A stretch of DNA of 64,000 nt from an uncultured Staphylococcaceae bacterium (GCA_964416025.1 CAYQCJ010000002.1:3025-67024), one strand, 5' to 3'; positions 9,914-19,914 are shown, counted from the first letter of the stretch. The notes: generated by a model not told the origin, from the letters alone. Numbers and translations: made by a program.

Positions 9914-12860
9914 GGATTTTTTTCTCCTTTTGCTCTTGAAGGGCAGCAAGAAGCGATCTAATTCTAATTTTAACAGCACCTAAATTAGTGATCTCATCTA
10001 TTTTAATTAAGGTATAAATTTTCTTTTCTCTTTCAAGGATGTCACGAACTTCATCAGTCGTAATAGCATCGACTCCACATCCGAAAGAAACTAATTGAAC
10101 AAGATTCATATCGTCAGTATGAGCAACATAATTTGCAGCTTGATAAAGTCTAGCATGATATGTCCATTGATTTAAAACATGTGTAACCACCGCTTTTTTC
10201 TCTTTTTTAGCAATAACATCATTGGTAACAATTGCAACATCAAAAGTAGAAATCATCTTATCGATACCATGGTTAATTTCTGGATCAAGATGATATGGTC
10301 TTCCAGCAAGAACAATAATGTCTTTGTGTTCTTTTCTGGCTAAAGCGATAATTTCATTGCCTTTTAAATCTACTTTTTCTTCATAATCATCATAAGCTTT
10401 ATAAGCGAGTTTAACTGCATGACGAACTTCTTTTAAAGTTATATCGCTAAAATATTGTTTTAAAAGCGTATGAAATTTAATTGGGAATTCCCTCTTATGA
10501 TCGATACCAACATAATCCTTAATAAAAGTAACGTTGTTTCTTTTAAGATCTTTCATATTTGCATCGATAACTTCAGGATAATATGCGACTACTGGGCAGT
10601 TATAGTGATTACTGCCTTTATCTTCATTAATGTTATAAGACATACAAGGATAGAAAATATATTTAATTCCTTCATCAATTAAATACTTGATATGCCCATG
10701 AATAATTTTTGCTGGGAAACAAACCGTATCGCTTGGAATGGTTGATTGACCAGCTAAGTATAATTTTCTATTTGAAAATGGTGAACGAACGACCTCAAAA
10801 CCTAAATCAGTTAAAAGTGTGTTCCAGAAAGGGAATAATTCCCACATATTTAAACCTAATGGAATTCCAATTTTACCACGTTTTCCAGGTTTAGAAACAT
10901 AACTAGCAAGTAAATTTTGTTTGAACTCAACCATGTTAAGTTCACTCTTGCTTGTCTTTTTTGTTATTGGTTTTTCACATCTATTTCCACCAATAAATGA
11001 TCTATTTCCACTAAATTTATTAATAGTTAATCTACAGTGATTTGGACACATTTGACATGTTGTAACAAGAATTGAATGTTGAAATTCGCTCAATTCTTTC
11101 ATATTTAAAATTGTTGATTTCTCGCTTGTATGCATAGTTTTAGCATATAAAGCAGCACCATAAGCGCCCATTAAACCAGCAATATTTGGTCTAATGACAT
11201 TTGTATTCATTTCAATTTCAAAAGCTCTTAAAACGGCATCATTTAAAAATGTTCCGCCTTGAACAACAATCTTTTTGCCTAATTCACTTGGTGAACCAGC
11301 ACGTATGACTTTATATAAAGCATTTTTTACAACTGAAAGCGATAAACCAGCCGCAATATCTTCAATAGTTGCACCATCTTTTTGTGCTTGTTTAACCGCC
11401 GAATTCATAAAGACAGTACATCTTGAACCTAAATTAACAGGCTTTTTGGCAAATAAAGCAAGTTTAGCAAAATCTTCTATCTTATATCCTAAAGCACTTG
11501 CAAATGTTTGAAGGAACGATCCACAACCACTTGAGCAAGCTTCGTTTAAGAAAATATTTTCAATTGCGCCTTTTCTAATTTTAAAACATTTAATATCTTG
11601 ACCACCAATATCGATAACAAACTCGACATCAGGCATAAATTTTTTAGCAGCAATAAAATGTGCAATTGTTTCAACGATTCCAAAATCAACTAAGAAAGCA
11701 TTTTTAACAATATCTTCACCATAACCAGTGACTGCACTACTTACAATTTTGATATTTGGTTTTAAAGTGTAAATTTCTTCTAAAACTTTTTTAATCAAAG
11801 GAACTGGGTTTCCAGCATTTGACATATATCTTGAAAATCTTAAATTGTTATCTTTATCAATTAACACAAGTTTAACTGTTGTTGAACCAGCATCAATTCC
11901 TAAAAAGAATTCATCATTATAATTGTCAAAAGATAATGTTTTTACCAATTCTTTATCGTGTCTGTCTTTAAAAGCTTGATAATCACTTTCATCTATAAAT
12001 AATGGTTCTCTATAATCAAAATTTGAATTATTAGTGTAATTTCTTACTTTATTTAATAAATCATCTAACGAAACTTCTTTATCGGTGCAAAAAGCAGCAC
12101 CCAAAGCAACATAATATAAAGAGTTATTTGGACAAACACCAGTAACTTTCAATGTATCATCAAAGGCTTTTCTTAATTCACTAATAAAAGTTAATGGACC
12201 ACCAAGATACAAAACATTACCAGTTATTTCTCTTCCTTGAGCAAGTCCAGCAACTGTTTGATTACAAACTGCATAAAAAATTGAGGCACTAATATCAGAT
12301 TTTCTTGCCCCTTGATTTAATAATGGTTGAATATCACTTTTTGCAAAGACTCCGCAACGAGAAGCAATTGTATAAATCTTTTCTTTTTCTTTAGCAAGAT
12401 TATTCATTTCTTCGATTGAAACATTTAATAAACTTGCCATTTGGTCGATAAAAGCACCGGTTCCACCAGCACATGTACCATTCATTCTAACTTCAACACC
12501 GTTCTCTAAAAAGAGAATTTTAGCATCTTCACCACCAAGTTCGATAATGACGCTAGTATTTGGGTTTAATTTGTTGGCAGCAACTCTAGTTGCATAAACT
12601 TCTTGAATAAATGGGAAACCACAAGATTCCGCAATACCCATACCAGCACTACCACTTAAAGCTAATTTAACATTATCAACACCTTTTAATGGTCCGTCTT
12701 TTAATCTTTTCAAAACTTCTTCAATTTTTTCGCTAATCTTCGAAAAATGTCTCTCATATAAAGAAAAAAGAATTTCATTTTTCTCATTAATTACAACGCA
12801 TTTTATAGTTGTTGAACCAATATCAAGTCCAACTCTTAAATTTAAATTTTCCATAAACAT
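9906..12860 (-). CDS. double BcrAD/BadFG-type ATPase (putative CoA-substrate-specific enzyme activase) with long C-terminal extension
   Basis: Two actin-fold ATPase N-termini (VGLDIGSTTIKCVVI and LGIDAGSTTVKLVLI), plus a Cys cluster TTCQMCPNHC. Confidence 0.75.
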   Translation of the reverse strand: MFMENLNLRVGLDIGSTTIKCVVINEKNEILFSLYERHFSKISEKIEEVLKRLKDGPLKGVDNVKLALSGSAGMGIAESCGFPFIQEVYATRVAANKLNPNTSVIIELGGEDAKILFLENGVEVRMNGTCAGGTGAFIDQMASLLNVSIEEMNNLAKEKEKIYTIASRCGVFAKSDIQPLLNQGARKSDISASIFYAVCNQTVAGLAQGREITGNVLYLGGPLTFISELRKAFDDTLKVTGVCPNNSLYYVALGAAFCTDKEVSLDDLLNKVRNYTNNSNFDYREPLFIDESDYQAFKDRHDKELVKTLSFDNYNDEFFLGIDAGSTTVKLVLIDKDNNLRFSRYMSNAGNPVPLIKKVLEEIYTLKPNIKIVSSAVTGYGEDIVKNAFLVDFGIVETIAHFIAAKKFMPDVEFVIDIGGQDIKCFKIRKGAIENIFLNEACSSGCGSFLQTFASALGYKIEDFAKLALFAKKPVNLGSRCTVFMNSAVKQAQKDGATIEDIAAGLSLSVVKNALYKVIRAGSPSELGKKIVVQGGTFLNDAVLRAFEIEMNTNVIRPNIAGLMGAYGAALYAKTMHTSEKSTILNMKELSEFQHSILVTTCQMCPNHCRLTINKFSGNRSFIGGNRCEKPITKKTSKSELNMVEFKQNLLASYVSKPGKRGKIGIPLGLNMWELFPFWNTLLTDLGFEVVRSPFSNRKLYLAGQSTIPSDTVCFPAKIIHGHIKYLIDEGIKYIFYPCMSYNINEDKGSNHYNCPVVAYYPEVIDANMKDLKRNNVTFIKDYVGIDHKREFPIKFHTLLKQYFSDITLKEVRHAVKLAYKAYDDYEEKVDLKGNEIIALARKEHKDIIVLAGRPYHLDPEINHGIDKMISTFDVAIVTNDVIAKKEKKAVVTHVLNQWTYHARLYQAANYVAHTDDMNLVQLVSFGCGVDAITTDEVRDILEREKKIYTLIKIDEITNLGAVKIRIRSLLAALQEQKEKKIHE

Positions 12861-12930
12861 AATTTTAACACAATAAATAAATAATAAAGAAAACTATTTG
12901 TGTTTTTTTGCTCCCATTTTAAATATGTCT

Positions 12931-12963
12931 AAAAATAAAAAAGACCCGCATTTTTTGTGGATC
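12931..12963 (-). terminator. probable Rho-independent terminator after clpB
   Basis: An imperfect 7-bp stem (GACCCGC 12943-12949 / GTGGATC 12957-12963) followed by a long minus-strand U-run. Confidence 0.5.
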
Positions 12964-12970
12964 TTTTTCG

Positions 12971-15094
12971 TTACTTCGATTTAACAATAATTTCCTTTTT
13001 AGAATTATCATAATCAACGACATAATTCTTGTTTGGTTTTAAAGTCTCTTCGAGTATCATTTTAGCTAAAACAGTCTCGACATTATGTTGAATAAATCTC
13101 TTTAATGGTCTTGCACCAAATTCTGGAGAATAGGCATTATCGAGCACATATTGACTAAGATTTGTTGTAAATTCAACTCTATAATATTCGCCATCCAATC
13201 TAACTTTTAAATCATTTAACATCTTATTAACAATCTTTAATTGAACGTCTTTACTTAAATTATTAAAATATACAATTTCATCAATTCTATTTAAGAATTC
13301 TGGTTTAAATGTTCTATGTAAAATAGCATCAATTTGATCAGATTTTCCTTCAAGAATTTGTTCGCTGCCAACATTGCTTGTCATAATAATTACAGTATTC
13401 TTAAAATCACACAATCTTCCTTGTGCATCAGTTAATCTACCATCATCCATAACTTGAAGAAGTAGATTCAAAACATCTGGAGATGCTTTTTCAATTTCAT
13501 CAAATAAGACAATACTATAAGGATTATGCCTTACAGGTTCAGTTAATTGTCCGCCTTCCTCATAACCAATATATCCAGGAGCGGCACCAATCAATCTAGA
13601 AACACTATATTTTTCCATATATTCACTCATATCAATTCTAATAATGTGTGAATCACTATCAAACAAAGCTTCAGCAAGCGCTTTAGCAACTTCTGTCTTA
13701 CCAACACCGGTTGGTCCTAAAAATAAGAACGAACCAATAGGTCTATTAGCATCATTAATTCCTGCTCTTTGTCTTAAAATTGCATCCGAAACTAGTTCAA
13801 TTGCATTATCTTGACCAATAACTCTCTTTTTAAGAACTTCATCAAGATGCAAAACTCTTTCTTTATCACCTTTAGTAATCTTTGAAACAGGAATATTTGT
13901 CATCTTGGCAACAATACTAGCGATATTATCTTCAGTGATAACATCGCTTAACATTTTTTGTTTACCTTCAACTTCTTCAAGTTGATTTATTCTTGTCTTG
14001 ATTGCAGGAATCTCTTTATATTGAATTTCACTTGCAGTCTTAAAATCACCATTGTTATAAGCGTTTTGAAGCTTAAAGTTTAAATCATCTAATTTTCCTT
14101 TAAGTTCCTTACTCTCGGTAATTTCGGCTTTTTCTTTATTCCATTCAGTAGTTAATTCTTCTTTAGTCTTGTTAAGATCAGCTAAATCTTTTTCAAGTTT
14201 TGTTAATCTAATTTTTGATTGTTCATCAATTTCTTGACTTAAAGCCATTCTTTCAATTTCTAATTGTCTAATTTTTCTTTCACATTCATCAAGTTCGCTA
14301 GGCATTGATTCAATTTCTACTCTTGTTTCAGCACAAGCTTCATCGATTAAATCAATTGCTTTATCAGGCAAAAATCTATTAGGAATGTATCTAACTGAAT
14401 AATTTACGGAAGCAACAAGAGCATTATCAGTAATATGAACACCGTGGTGGCTTTCAAATCTATCTTTTAATCCTCTTAAAATTGATAAAGTGTCTTCCTT
14501 ACTTGGTTCAAGAACCATAACTGGTTGAAATCTTCTTTCAAGAGCTCTATCTTTTTCAATATATTCTTGATATTCCTTTAAAGTGGTTGCACCAATACAA
14601 TCAATATCACCTCTTGCTAACATAGGTTTAAGCATATTTGATGCATCCATTGCACCAGCACTTCTTCCTGCACCAACAATAAGGTGAATTTCATCAATAA
14701 ACATTATGATGTGATGATTGCTCTCTTTAATTTTATTTAAAACAGCTTTCAATCTCTCTTCAAATTCACCTTGGTATTTTGCACCAGCAAGTAAACTTCC
14801 CATATCCAACTCAAAAATTTCCTTACCTTTTAAAGATTGAGGAACATCGTTTCCAACAATACGTTGAGCTAAACCTTCAAGAATAGCGGTTTTACCTACT
14901 CCAGGTTCACCTAAAAGAATGACGTTATTCTTAGTTTTACGCTCCAAAATAGTAATTATTTTTCTAATCTCATCGTCACGACCAATTACAGGATCAATTT
15001 TGTTCTTTTTGACCTCATCTGTAATATTTCTACCAAATTTTTTTAATATATCTTGATCTTGGCTATAATCTTCATATCCGTTTGTGTTATCCAT
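12971..15094 (-). CDS. clpB: ClpB-type AAA+ disaggregase lacking the N-terminal domain
   Basis: Two Walker A sites (GEPGVGKT, GPTGVGKT) are separated by a long coiled-coil middle domain. NBD1 starts at about aa 20, giving 707 aa. Confidence 0.9.
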   Translation of the reverse strand: MDNTNGYEDYSQDQDILKKFGRNITDEVKKNKIDPVIGRDDEIRKIITILERKTKNNVILLGEPGVGKTAILEGLAQRIVGNDVPQSLKGKEIFELDMGSLLAGAKYQGEFEERLKAVLNKIKESNHHIIMFIDEIHLIVGAGRSAGAMDASNMLKPMLARGDIDCIGATTLKEYQEYIEKDRALERRFQPVMVLEPSKEDTLSILRGLKDRFESHHGVHITDNALVASVNYSVRYIPNRFLPDKAIDLIDEACAETRVEIESMPSELDECERKIRQLEIERMALSQEIDEQSKIRLTKLEKDLADLNKTKEELTTEWNKEKAEITESKELKGKLDDLNFKLQNAYNNGDFKTASEIQYKEIPAIKTRINQLEEVEGKQKMLSDVITEDNIASIVAKMTNIPVSKITKGDKERVLHLDEVLKKRVIGQDNAIELVSDAILRQRAGINDANRPIGSFLFLGPTGVGKTEVAKALAEALFDSDSHIIRIDMSEYMEKYSVSRLIGAAPGYIGYEEGGQLTEPVRHNPYSIVLFDEIEKASPDVLNLLLQVMDDGRLTDAQGRLCDFKNTVIIMTSNVGSEQILEGKSDQIDAILHRTFKPEFLNRIDEIVYFNNLSKDVQLKIVNKMLNDLKVRLDGEYYRVEFTTNLSQYVLDNAYSPEFGARPLKRFIQHNVETVLAKMILEETLKPNKNYVVDYDNSKKEIIVKSK

Positions 15095-15118
15095 ATCTAA
15101 TACCTCCGATCATTATTA

Positions 15119-15146
15119 ATTATATAACATAATTAGCACTTGTCAA
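15119..15146 (-). promoter_or_regulatory. sigma-70-type promoter of clpB (TTGACA-N16-TATAAT)
   Basis: The minus strand reads TTGACA (15141-15146), a 16-nt spacer, then TATAAT (15119-15124), 25 nt upstream of the ATG. Confidence 0.7.
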
Positions 15147-15159
15147 TAATGAGTGCTAA
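15133..15159. promoter_or_regulatory. CIRCE element (HrcA operator)
   Basis: TTAGCACTT-N9-GAGTGCTAA compared with the consensus TTAGCACTC-N9-GAGTGCTAA. It overlaps the -35 and spacer of the clpB promoter. Confidence 0.85.
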
Positions 15160-15214
15160 TATTCTTATTATGTCGTTATAATCGAGTATTTAAGATATTT
15201 ATTAAAGCATTCCA

Positions 15215-15240
15215 AAGAAAAAAGGCTCATTACAAGCCTT
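15215..15240 (-). terminator. Rho-independent terminator after degV
   Basis: Stem AAGGCT (15222-15227) / AGCCTT (15235-15240) followed by a minus-strand U-run. Confidence 0.6.
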
Positions 15241-15260
15241 TTAAATTAACTAAAAAATAA

Positions 15261-16094
15261 TTAGAATGAAACTATTAATCCACCTTCAAGAGAATAAAAG
15301 CTACATAATCCTCTATTTTCTTCGATAATAACATTATCAAATTGATAAGTTTTAATAATCTCTTCTTTAAGAATATTGGCTGAATCTAAAGCTTTAGTTT
15401 GCGAAATAATGCAAATTCTTCCTTTGGTTTCTGGGCACATAATTCCGATGTTATAAACCAATCTTTTTAAAACACCTTTAAGTGTTCTAATTTTCTCTTT
15501 AATATCGATTTGACCATCTTTTCCATAACATAAAGGTTTAATTTTTAAAGCTGTAGCAATAAAAGCAACAAATTTTGAAATTCTTCCGTTTTTAATAAAG
15601 TTATCAAACTTATCTAAAACAAATAATAAATTGTTTTTATCTCTCTCATCTAAAAGCTTGCTTTCCATATCGCTAAAGTTTACATCTTCATGAATAAACT
15701 CAACTGCTTTATTAACTAAAATTTGCATAGCACCACAAACAAGTAAGGAATCAATAACAATTACATTTTCTGGTTTGCTAAACATCATTCTAGCAACCGA
15801 TGCACTATTAAACGATCCGCTCAACTTACTAGAGATAGTGATAATAATGTAATAATCAGCACCTTGTAACAAATCTAAAAAAGCAGCTGGCGATGGACAA
15901 CTACTTGTTGCCTTCTCTTTACTGTTGTTTAAAGCATCTAAAATCTCATCACTAGTCATATTCTCATCATCAACATATTCTTTACCGTCAATCATCATAG
16001 TTAAAGGGGCAATTGCAAATCCAATATCCTTCTCATTTTTTAAAAAATCTTTAGACAAATTGCTCGAACTATCCGTAATAATCTTATACTTCAT
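15261..16094 (-). CDS. DegV family fatty-acid-binding protein
   Basis: The MKYKIITDSSSNL N-terminus and 277-aa length are typical of DegV/EDD-fold proteins. Confidence 0.85.
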   Translation of the reverse strand: MKYKIITDSSSNLSKDFLKNEKDIGFAIAPLTMMIDGKEYVDDENMTSDEILDALNNSKEKATSSCPSPAAFLDLLQGADYYIIITISSKLSGSFNSASVARMMFSKPENVIVIDSLLVCGAMQILVNKAVEFIHEDVNFSDMESKLLDERDKNNLLFVLDKFDNFIKNGRISKFVAFIATALKIKPLCYGKDGQIDIKEKIRTLKGVLKRLVYNIGIMCPETKGRICIISQTKALDSANILKEEIIKTYQFDNVIIEENRGLCSFYSLEGGLIVSF

Positions 16095-16228
16095 TTAATC
16101 CTCCAAAACATACCTAAATAACAATTTCGGAATGTTTAACATATTATAAACAATTTCCTATATTTTAAATGGTTTTTTTAAATGAAATTATTATCGGTCC
16201 GTGATAATATAAACAAGGGTAAATAAAT

Positions 16229-16852
16229 ATGTCAAAAATTATATTAGTTGGCGGAGGAACAGCAAGCGGAAAAACTTATGTTATTGACCGTGTTGTCGAA
16301 ATTGTTGGTAAAAACAATGTGACTCACCTTAGTATTGATGATTATTATAAAGCGTTGGATGATTTATCGATGGAAGATAGAAAAAAAGTTAATTTTGATC
16401 ACCCAAAAGCGTTCGATTGGAAATTAATTAAACAACAATTAACTGATTTAAAGAATAATAAATCTATAAATAAACCAACTTATGATTTTGTTGCTCATAA
16501 TAGAAGCAGTAAAACCGAAATTGTTCAACCTAATAAAATTGTTATTGTTGAAGGAATTATGGCTCTAGTAAATAAAGATGTTAGAAACCTCGGGGATTTA
16601 AAAATATTTATTAATGCTAGTAGAGAAAGAAGATTATTAAGAAGAATTGATCGTGATAAAATCGAAAGAGGTCGTACTTATGATTCAATTGTTCACCAAT
16701 ATTTTGAAACTGTTCAGCCAATGTATGAAGAAGTTATTGCACCATCTAGTTACTACGCTGATTTATTAGTTAACAACGATGGAATCGATAATAAATCAAT
16801 CGAAGTTATTGCTAGCGTATTAAAAGCTATGCTTAATGGAGAGATAAAATAA
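16229..16852 (+). CDS. udk: uridine kinase
   Basis: P-loop GGGTASGKT plus DDYYK and FDHP motifs, 207 aa. Confidence 0.9.
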   Translation: MSKIILVGGGTASGKTYVIDRVVEIVGKNNVTHLSIDDYYKALDDLSMEDRKKVNFDHPKAFDWKLIKQQLTDLKNNKSINKPTYDFVAHNRSSKTEIVQPNKIVIVEGIMALVNKDVRNLGDLKIFINASRERRLLRRIDRDKIERGRTYDSIVHQYFETVQPMYEEVIAPSSYYADLLVNNDGIDNKSIEVIASVLKAMLNGEIK

Positions 16853-16853
16853 A

Positions 16854-16877
16854 AGAAGCCAAATGGCTTCTTTTTTT
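16854..16877. terminator. bidirectional Rho-independent terminator between the convergent udk and XRE genes
   Basis: AGAAGCC-AAAT-GGCTTCT flanked by an A-run and a T-run. Confidence 0.8.
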
Positions 16878-16879
16878 AG

Positions 16880-17782
16880 TTAATCGTTGTCGTCATCATC
16901 ATCGTCATCATCATTTACTTTGTGGTCGAAATAAAATGTAGTTCCATCGCCATAAATCTTTTTTAGTTTTCTATATCTAATATGTTTAATTAATTTATCA
17001 AGGTTACTAGCTAAAATATAATAAATAGGAATAATTAATAGAAGAGCCCACCATGGATGCCATCCATTAAATGCACCACTTGCGCTTCCCCACATACCTA
17101 TCATTAAATATGCAGAAATTGCCAATCCCCAAATACTTAATTTCCTAAATTGTCTGTAATATATTGCACGAATAACACTTGAAATAGTATCAGTTAAAAA
17201 TAACATTGGCCAAAAAACCATCCAGCCATTTACCTCTTTATATAAAAATCCTAATAATAAATAAGCTGTTAATAATAATGCAAAAACAATTCCGTCAATA
17301 ATTCCACAAATTGCTTCAACGGTTTGATTAGAACCTATTTTGTATAAAACATGTGTGGTGTTCCCATCCATATAAGTATCAAATCCATACTTGTGTTCGT
17401 ACTTATGTTCTTTAAAGAACTTGCCTTGTTCGCCACCAACAAAGACACCTTTAGTGTTGATATCGACACTATCTCCATTTTTAGATTTTACATGAATACC
17501 GTCTTTTCCAATACTAACACGATCAGAATCATTCACAAATTCTGCTTTAGCATTCTCTTTGTAACAATCTTCAATTGGTTTTTCTGTATTAATTAAATCA
17601 TCAATTGATACTCCATAAAGTTTTGCCATTTGTTGAATATAGTCAATACTTGGTGATGCTTCACCAGCTTCCCATTTAGAAATTGATTGTCTACTGACAT
17701 TCAATTTTCCACTTAAATCCTCTTGTGAATAATTAAATCTTTTACGAAATGCGATTAATCTGTTTGCTAATTCTATAGTCAT
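16880..17782 (-). CDS. XRE-family HTH protein fused to a multi-TM domain, with a C-terminal poly-Asp tail
   Basis: N-terminal LSGKLNVSRQSISKWEAGEASPSIDYIQQMAKLYGVSIDDL (HTH_3), about 4 predicted TM helices, and a terminal DDDDDDDDND. Confidence 0.8.
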   Translation of the reverse strand: MTIELANRLIAFRKRFNYSQEDLSGKLNVSRQSISKWEAGEASPSIDYIQQMAKLYGVSIDDLINTEKPIEDCYKENAKAEFVNDSDRVSIGKDGIHVKSKNGDSVDINTKGVFVGGEQGKFFKEHKYEHKYGFDTYMDGNTTHVLYKIGSNQTVEAICGIIDGIVFALLLTAYLLLGFLYKEVNGWMVFWPMLFLTDTISSVIRAIYYRQFRKLSIWGLAISAYLMIGMWGSASGAFNGWHPWWALLLIIPIYYILASNLDKLIKHIRYRKLKKIYGDGTTFYFDHKVNDDDDDDDDND

Positions 17783-17853
17783 GAATTTTCTCCTTTACGC
17801 CTTATAGTATTTACTCTGTTTCAATTGCATAAAAGAAATTTATATTAACTTTT

Positions 17854-17873
17854 ATGTAAACTTTACTTTACAT
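17854..17873. promoter_or_regulatory. inverted repeat ATGTAAA-N6-TTTACAT upstream of the XRE gene; candidate auto-operator
   Basis: 7-bp arms read directly, about 70-90 nt upstream of ATG 17782. Confidence 0.3.
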
Positions 17874-17904
17874 TTTAGATATTTTAAGGGGTATTTACAA
17901 GGTT

Positions 17905-17958
17905 TATTATAAAAGGCTCTCCATTTTAGGAGAGCCCTACTAGGAATTCGTTCCTAGT
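17905..17958 (-). terminator. tandem hairpins after the HAD gene (terminator plus a second perfect hairpin)
   Basis: GGCTCTCC/GGAGAGCC (17915-17936) is followed by a minus-strand U-rich tract. It lies directly beside ACTAGGAA-TTCG-TTCCTAGT (17939-17958). Confidence 0.65.
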
Positions 17959-18063
17959 AACATAAGTTTAGGATCTAATTATATGATCCATTTGTTAGTT
18001 CGAGATTTCCATCTCTATTTCTACTTTTAATATAAAATAATTTTTTAAATTTTTCAAGACCAA

Positions 18064-18858
18064 TTATTTATCATTAATAATTAACTCGACAGTATCATTA
18101 AAATCACTAAAAAGATTTTTGCTTACTTTCTTAGCTGCTTCTAATCCGTTACTATTGCAATAACTATTATCAGTTAATGAAAGCATCGAAATGTCGTTTT
18201 CCGCATCTCCAAATACATATAAAGAGTTAAGAGGAATTTTTTTAGTTTTTACAAATTCCTTAAGAACATTTCCTTTAGAAACATTTAATGGGGAATAATC
18301 AATCCAGGCATTATTAGCGTCAAAGATCTCGACTTTGCCTTTATACTCTTTAGCTGTGTATTGATACCATTTTTCAAATGTAGAATCTTTCTTTTCTCTA
18401 TATATTGAAAACTTAATAATTGGTTCTTTAATATCATCAACCGTTTTAACAAACATGCAATTAGAATTAAAACCAGTGATAAAATCTTTTTCATTAATCT
18501 TCGAACGATTAACAAAATACGCCATATGAGGTGTACACATTTCAATAATCAAACCATCAAAAGCACTATAATAGTCAAACAAAGATTTAACGTCTTCTTC
18601 TTTCATTTTGTGAACAATTAAATCTCTATCATCTTCAACAACCAGAGACCCATTTTCGCATAAATAAATAATATCTTTATTGTTATTAAATAAAAACTTT
18701 AAATTAGCGTAAGTTCTTCCGCTAGCAACAATAATCTTATTTCCAGAATTTAATATTTTATTAAAAGCATCGACAGTACGTGCAGAAAATGCACCTTCTC
18801 CTGGCATAAGAGTAGTACCATCAACATCGCACACAAAATATTTGATTTTTTTACTCAT
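18064..18858 (-). CDS. Cof-type HAD-IIB phosphatase
   Basis: The FVCDVDGTT nucleophile motif and the C-terminal GDAENDISM motif. Confidence 0.85.
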   Translation of the reverse strand: MSKKIKYFVCDVDGTTLMPGEGAFSARTVDAFNKILNSGNKIIVASGRTYANLKFLFNNNKDIIYLCENGSLVVEDDRDLIVHKMKEEDVKSLFDYYSAFDGLIIEMCTPHMAYFVNRSKINEKDFITGFNSNCMFVKTVDDIKEPIIKFSIYREKKDSTFEKWYQYTAKEYKGKVEIFDANNAWIDYSPLNVSKGNVLKEFVKTKKIPLNSLYVFGDAENDISMLSLTDNSYCNSNGLEAAKKVSKNLFSDFNDTVELIINDK

Positions 18859-18881
18859 CTTATAAATAATTAAAATTTAAA

Positions 18882-19793
18882 TTAATATTGATCGACTGGT
18901 CTATTAACAATGCCATAATAACCAGTTAAAACTGCAGCGCCTAAAGCGGTAACACCAGTAATAATGTTTCCGTAACCATAGAATCTATTTGAGAAGTTTG
19001 TAATGAAACCTTTCTTAAGAATATCAAGAGCAATTGGATAACCACAGAAGAAAACAACGCTTGATGTAAGATAGAAAACTGCTGAAATTGTGATAAGAAC
19101 AAAGATTGAAGAACTCTTCTTCTTATATTCACTTACTGCAAAAGCAGATAAAGTTAAAACAACAGCAATAATAACAAAGACAACAGCAATAATTAAACCA
19201 TTCGATTTAGCACTTCCGGTGCCATCAAAATCCATCATTCTAAAAATTGGATAATAACCAGTGACACCATTGACGATTGGGAAAACATTGCTAACTAAAG
19301 CAACTAATCCACATAATAAACTGGCACCAAGAACTTTAATCATTTTAGCATCTAATTTTAAAGTGACAATATGTGAACAACCAAGGAAAATTAATAATCC
19401 ACCAGCCAATAAACTTAAAATACCTAAACAGATAACTCCAATTCCAACTGAACTTCCGTAAAATGAAGGAATTAAGAATGTGTAGACACAAAGAAAAACG
19501 ATATCAATAATTCCAGTAAAGATTTGTAATTCAGCTCCGATTTTAAAATTGTCTTTGAGAACATGTGTAAGAATTATTTCTGTTGCACTTACAATGAAAG
19601 ATAAAATTCCAATTACTAAAATAAACGAAACTCTACCATCTGATTTTGAATTGTAATCAACTAATAATTTACCTAAACTTGCATCTCCTGTTGCGCCAAC
19701 ACTGATAGCTGGTAATATAAACCCAAGTATTATTCCAGCAACCAATAAACAAAGAGAAATAATATCCAATATTGATGTTAATTTCTTACTCAT
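18882..19793 (-). CDS. polytopic membrane protein, no recognisable family
   Basis: A 303-aa protein with about 8 hydrophobic segments. The ORF is long and uninterrupted. Confidence 0.6.
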   Translation of the reverse strand: MSKKLTSILDIISLCLLVAGIILGFILPAISVGATGDASLGKLLVDYNSKSDGRVSFILVIGILSFIVSATEIILTHVLKDNFKIGAELQIFTGIIDIVFLCVYTFLIPSFYGSSVGIGVICLGILSLLAGGLLIFLGCSHIVTLKLDAKMIKVLGASLLCGLVALVSNVFPIVNGVTGYYPIFRMMDFDGTGSAKSNGLIIAVVFVIIAVVLTLSAFAVSEYKKKSSSIFVLITISAVFYLTSSVVFFCGYPIALDILKKGFITNFSNRFYGYGNIITGVTALGAAVLTGYYGIVNRPVDQY

Positions 19794-19863
19794 AAAAACA
19801 CTCCTTTAAACTAATCTAAAAAATTATAACTTAATACAACATTTATTTAAACTCTTTTTTATA

Positions 19864-19894
19864 AATAAAAAAGGCTCATTTTGTAGTGAGCCTT
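19864..19894 (-). terminator. Rho-independent terminator
   Basis: AAGGCTCA (19871-19878) / TGAGCCTT (19887-19894) with flanking A- and T-runs. Confidence 0.7.
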
Positions 19895-19914
19895 AAGTTT
19901 TTTTAAGAGCGAAC

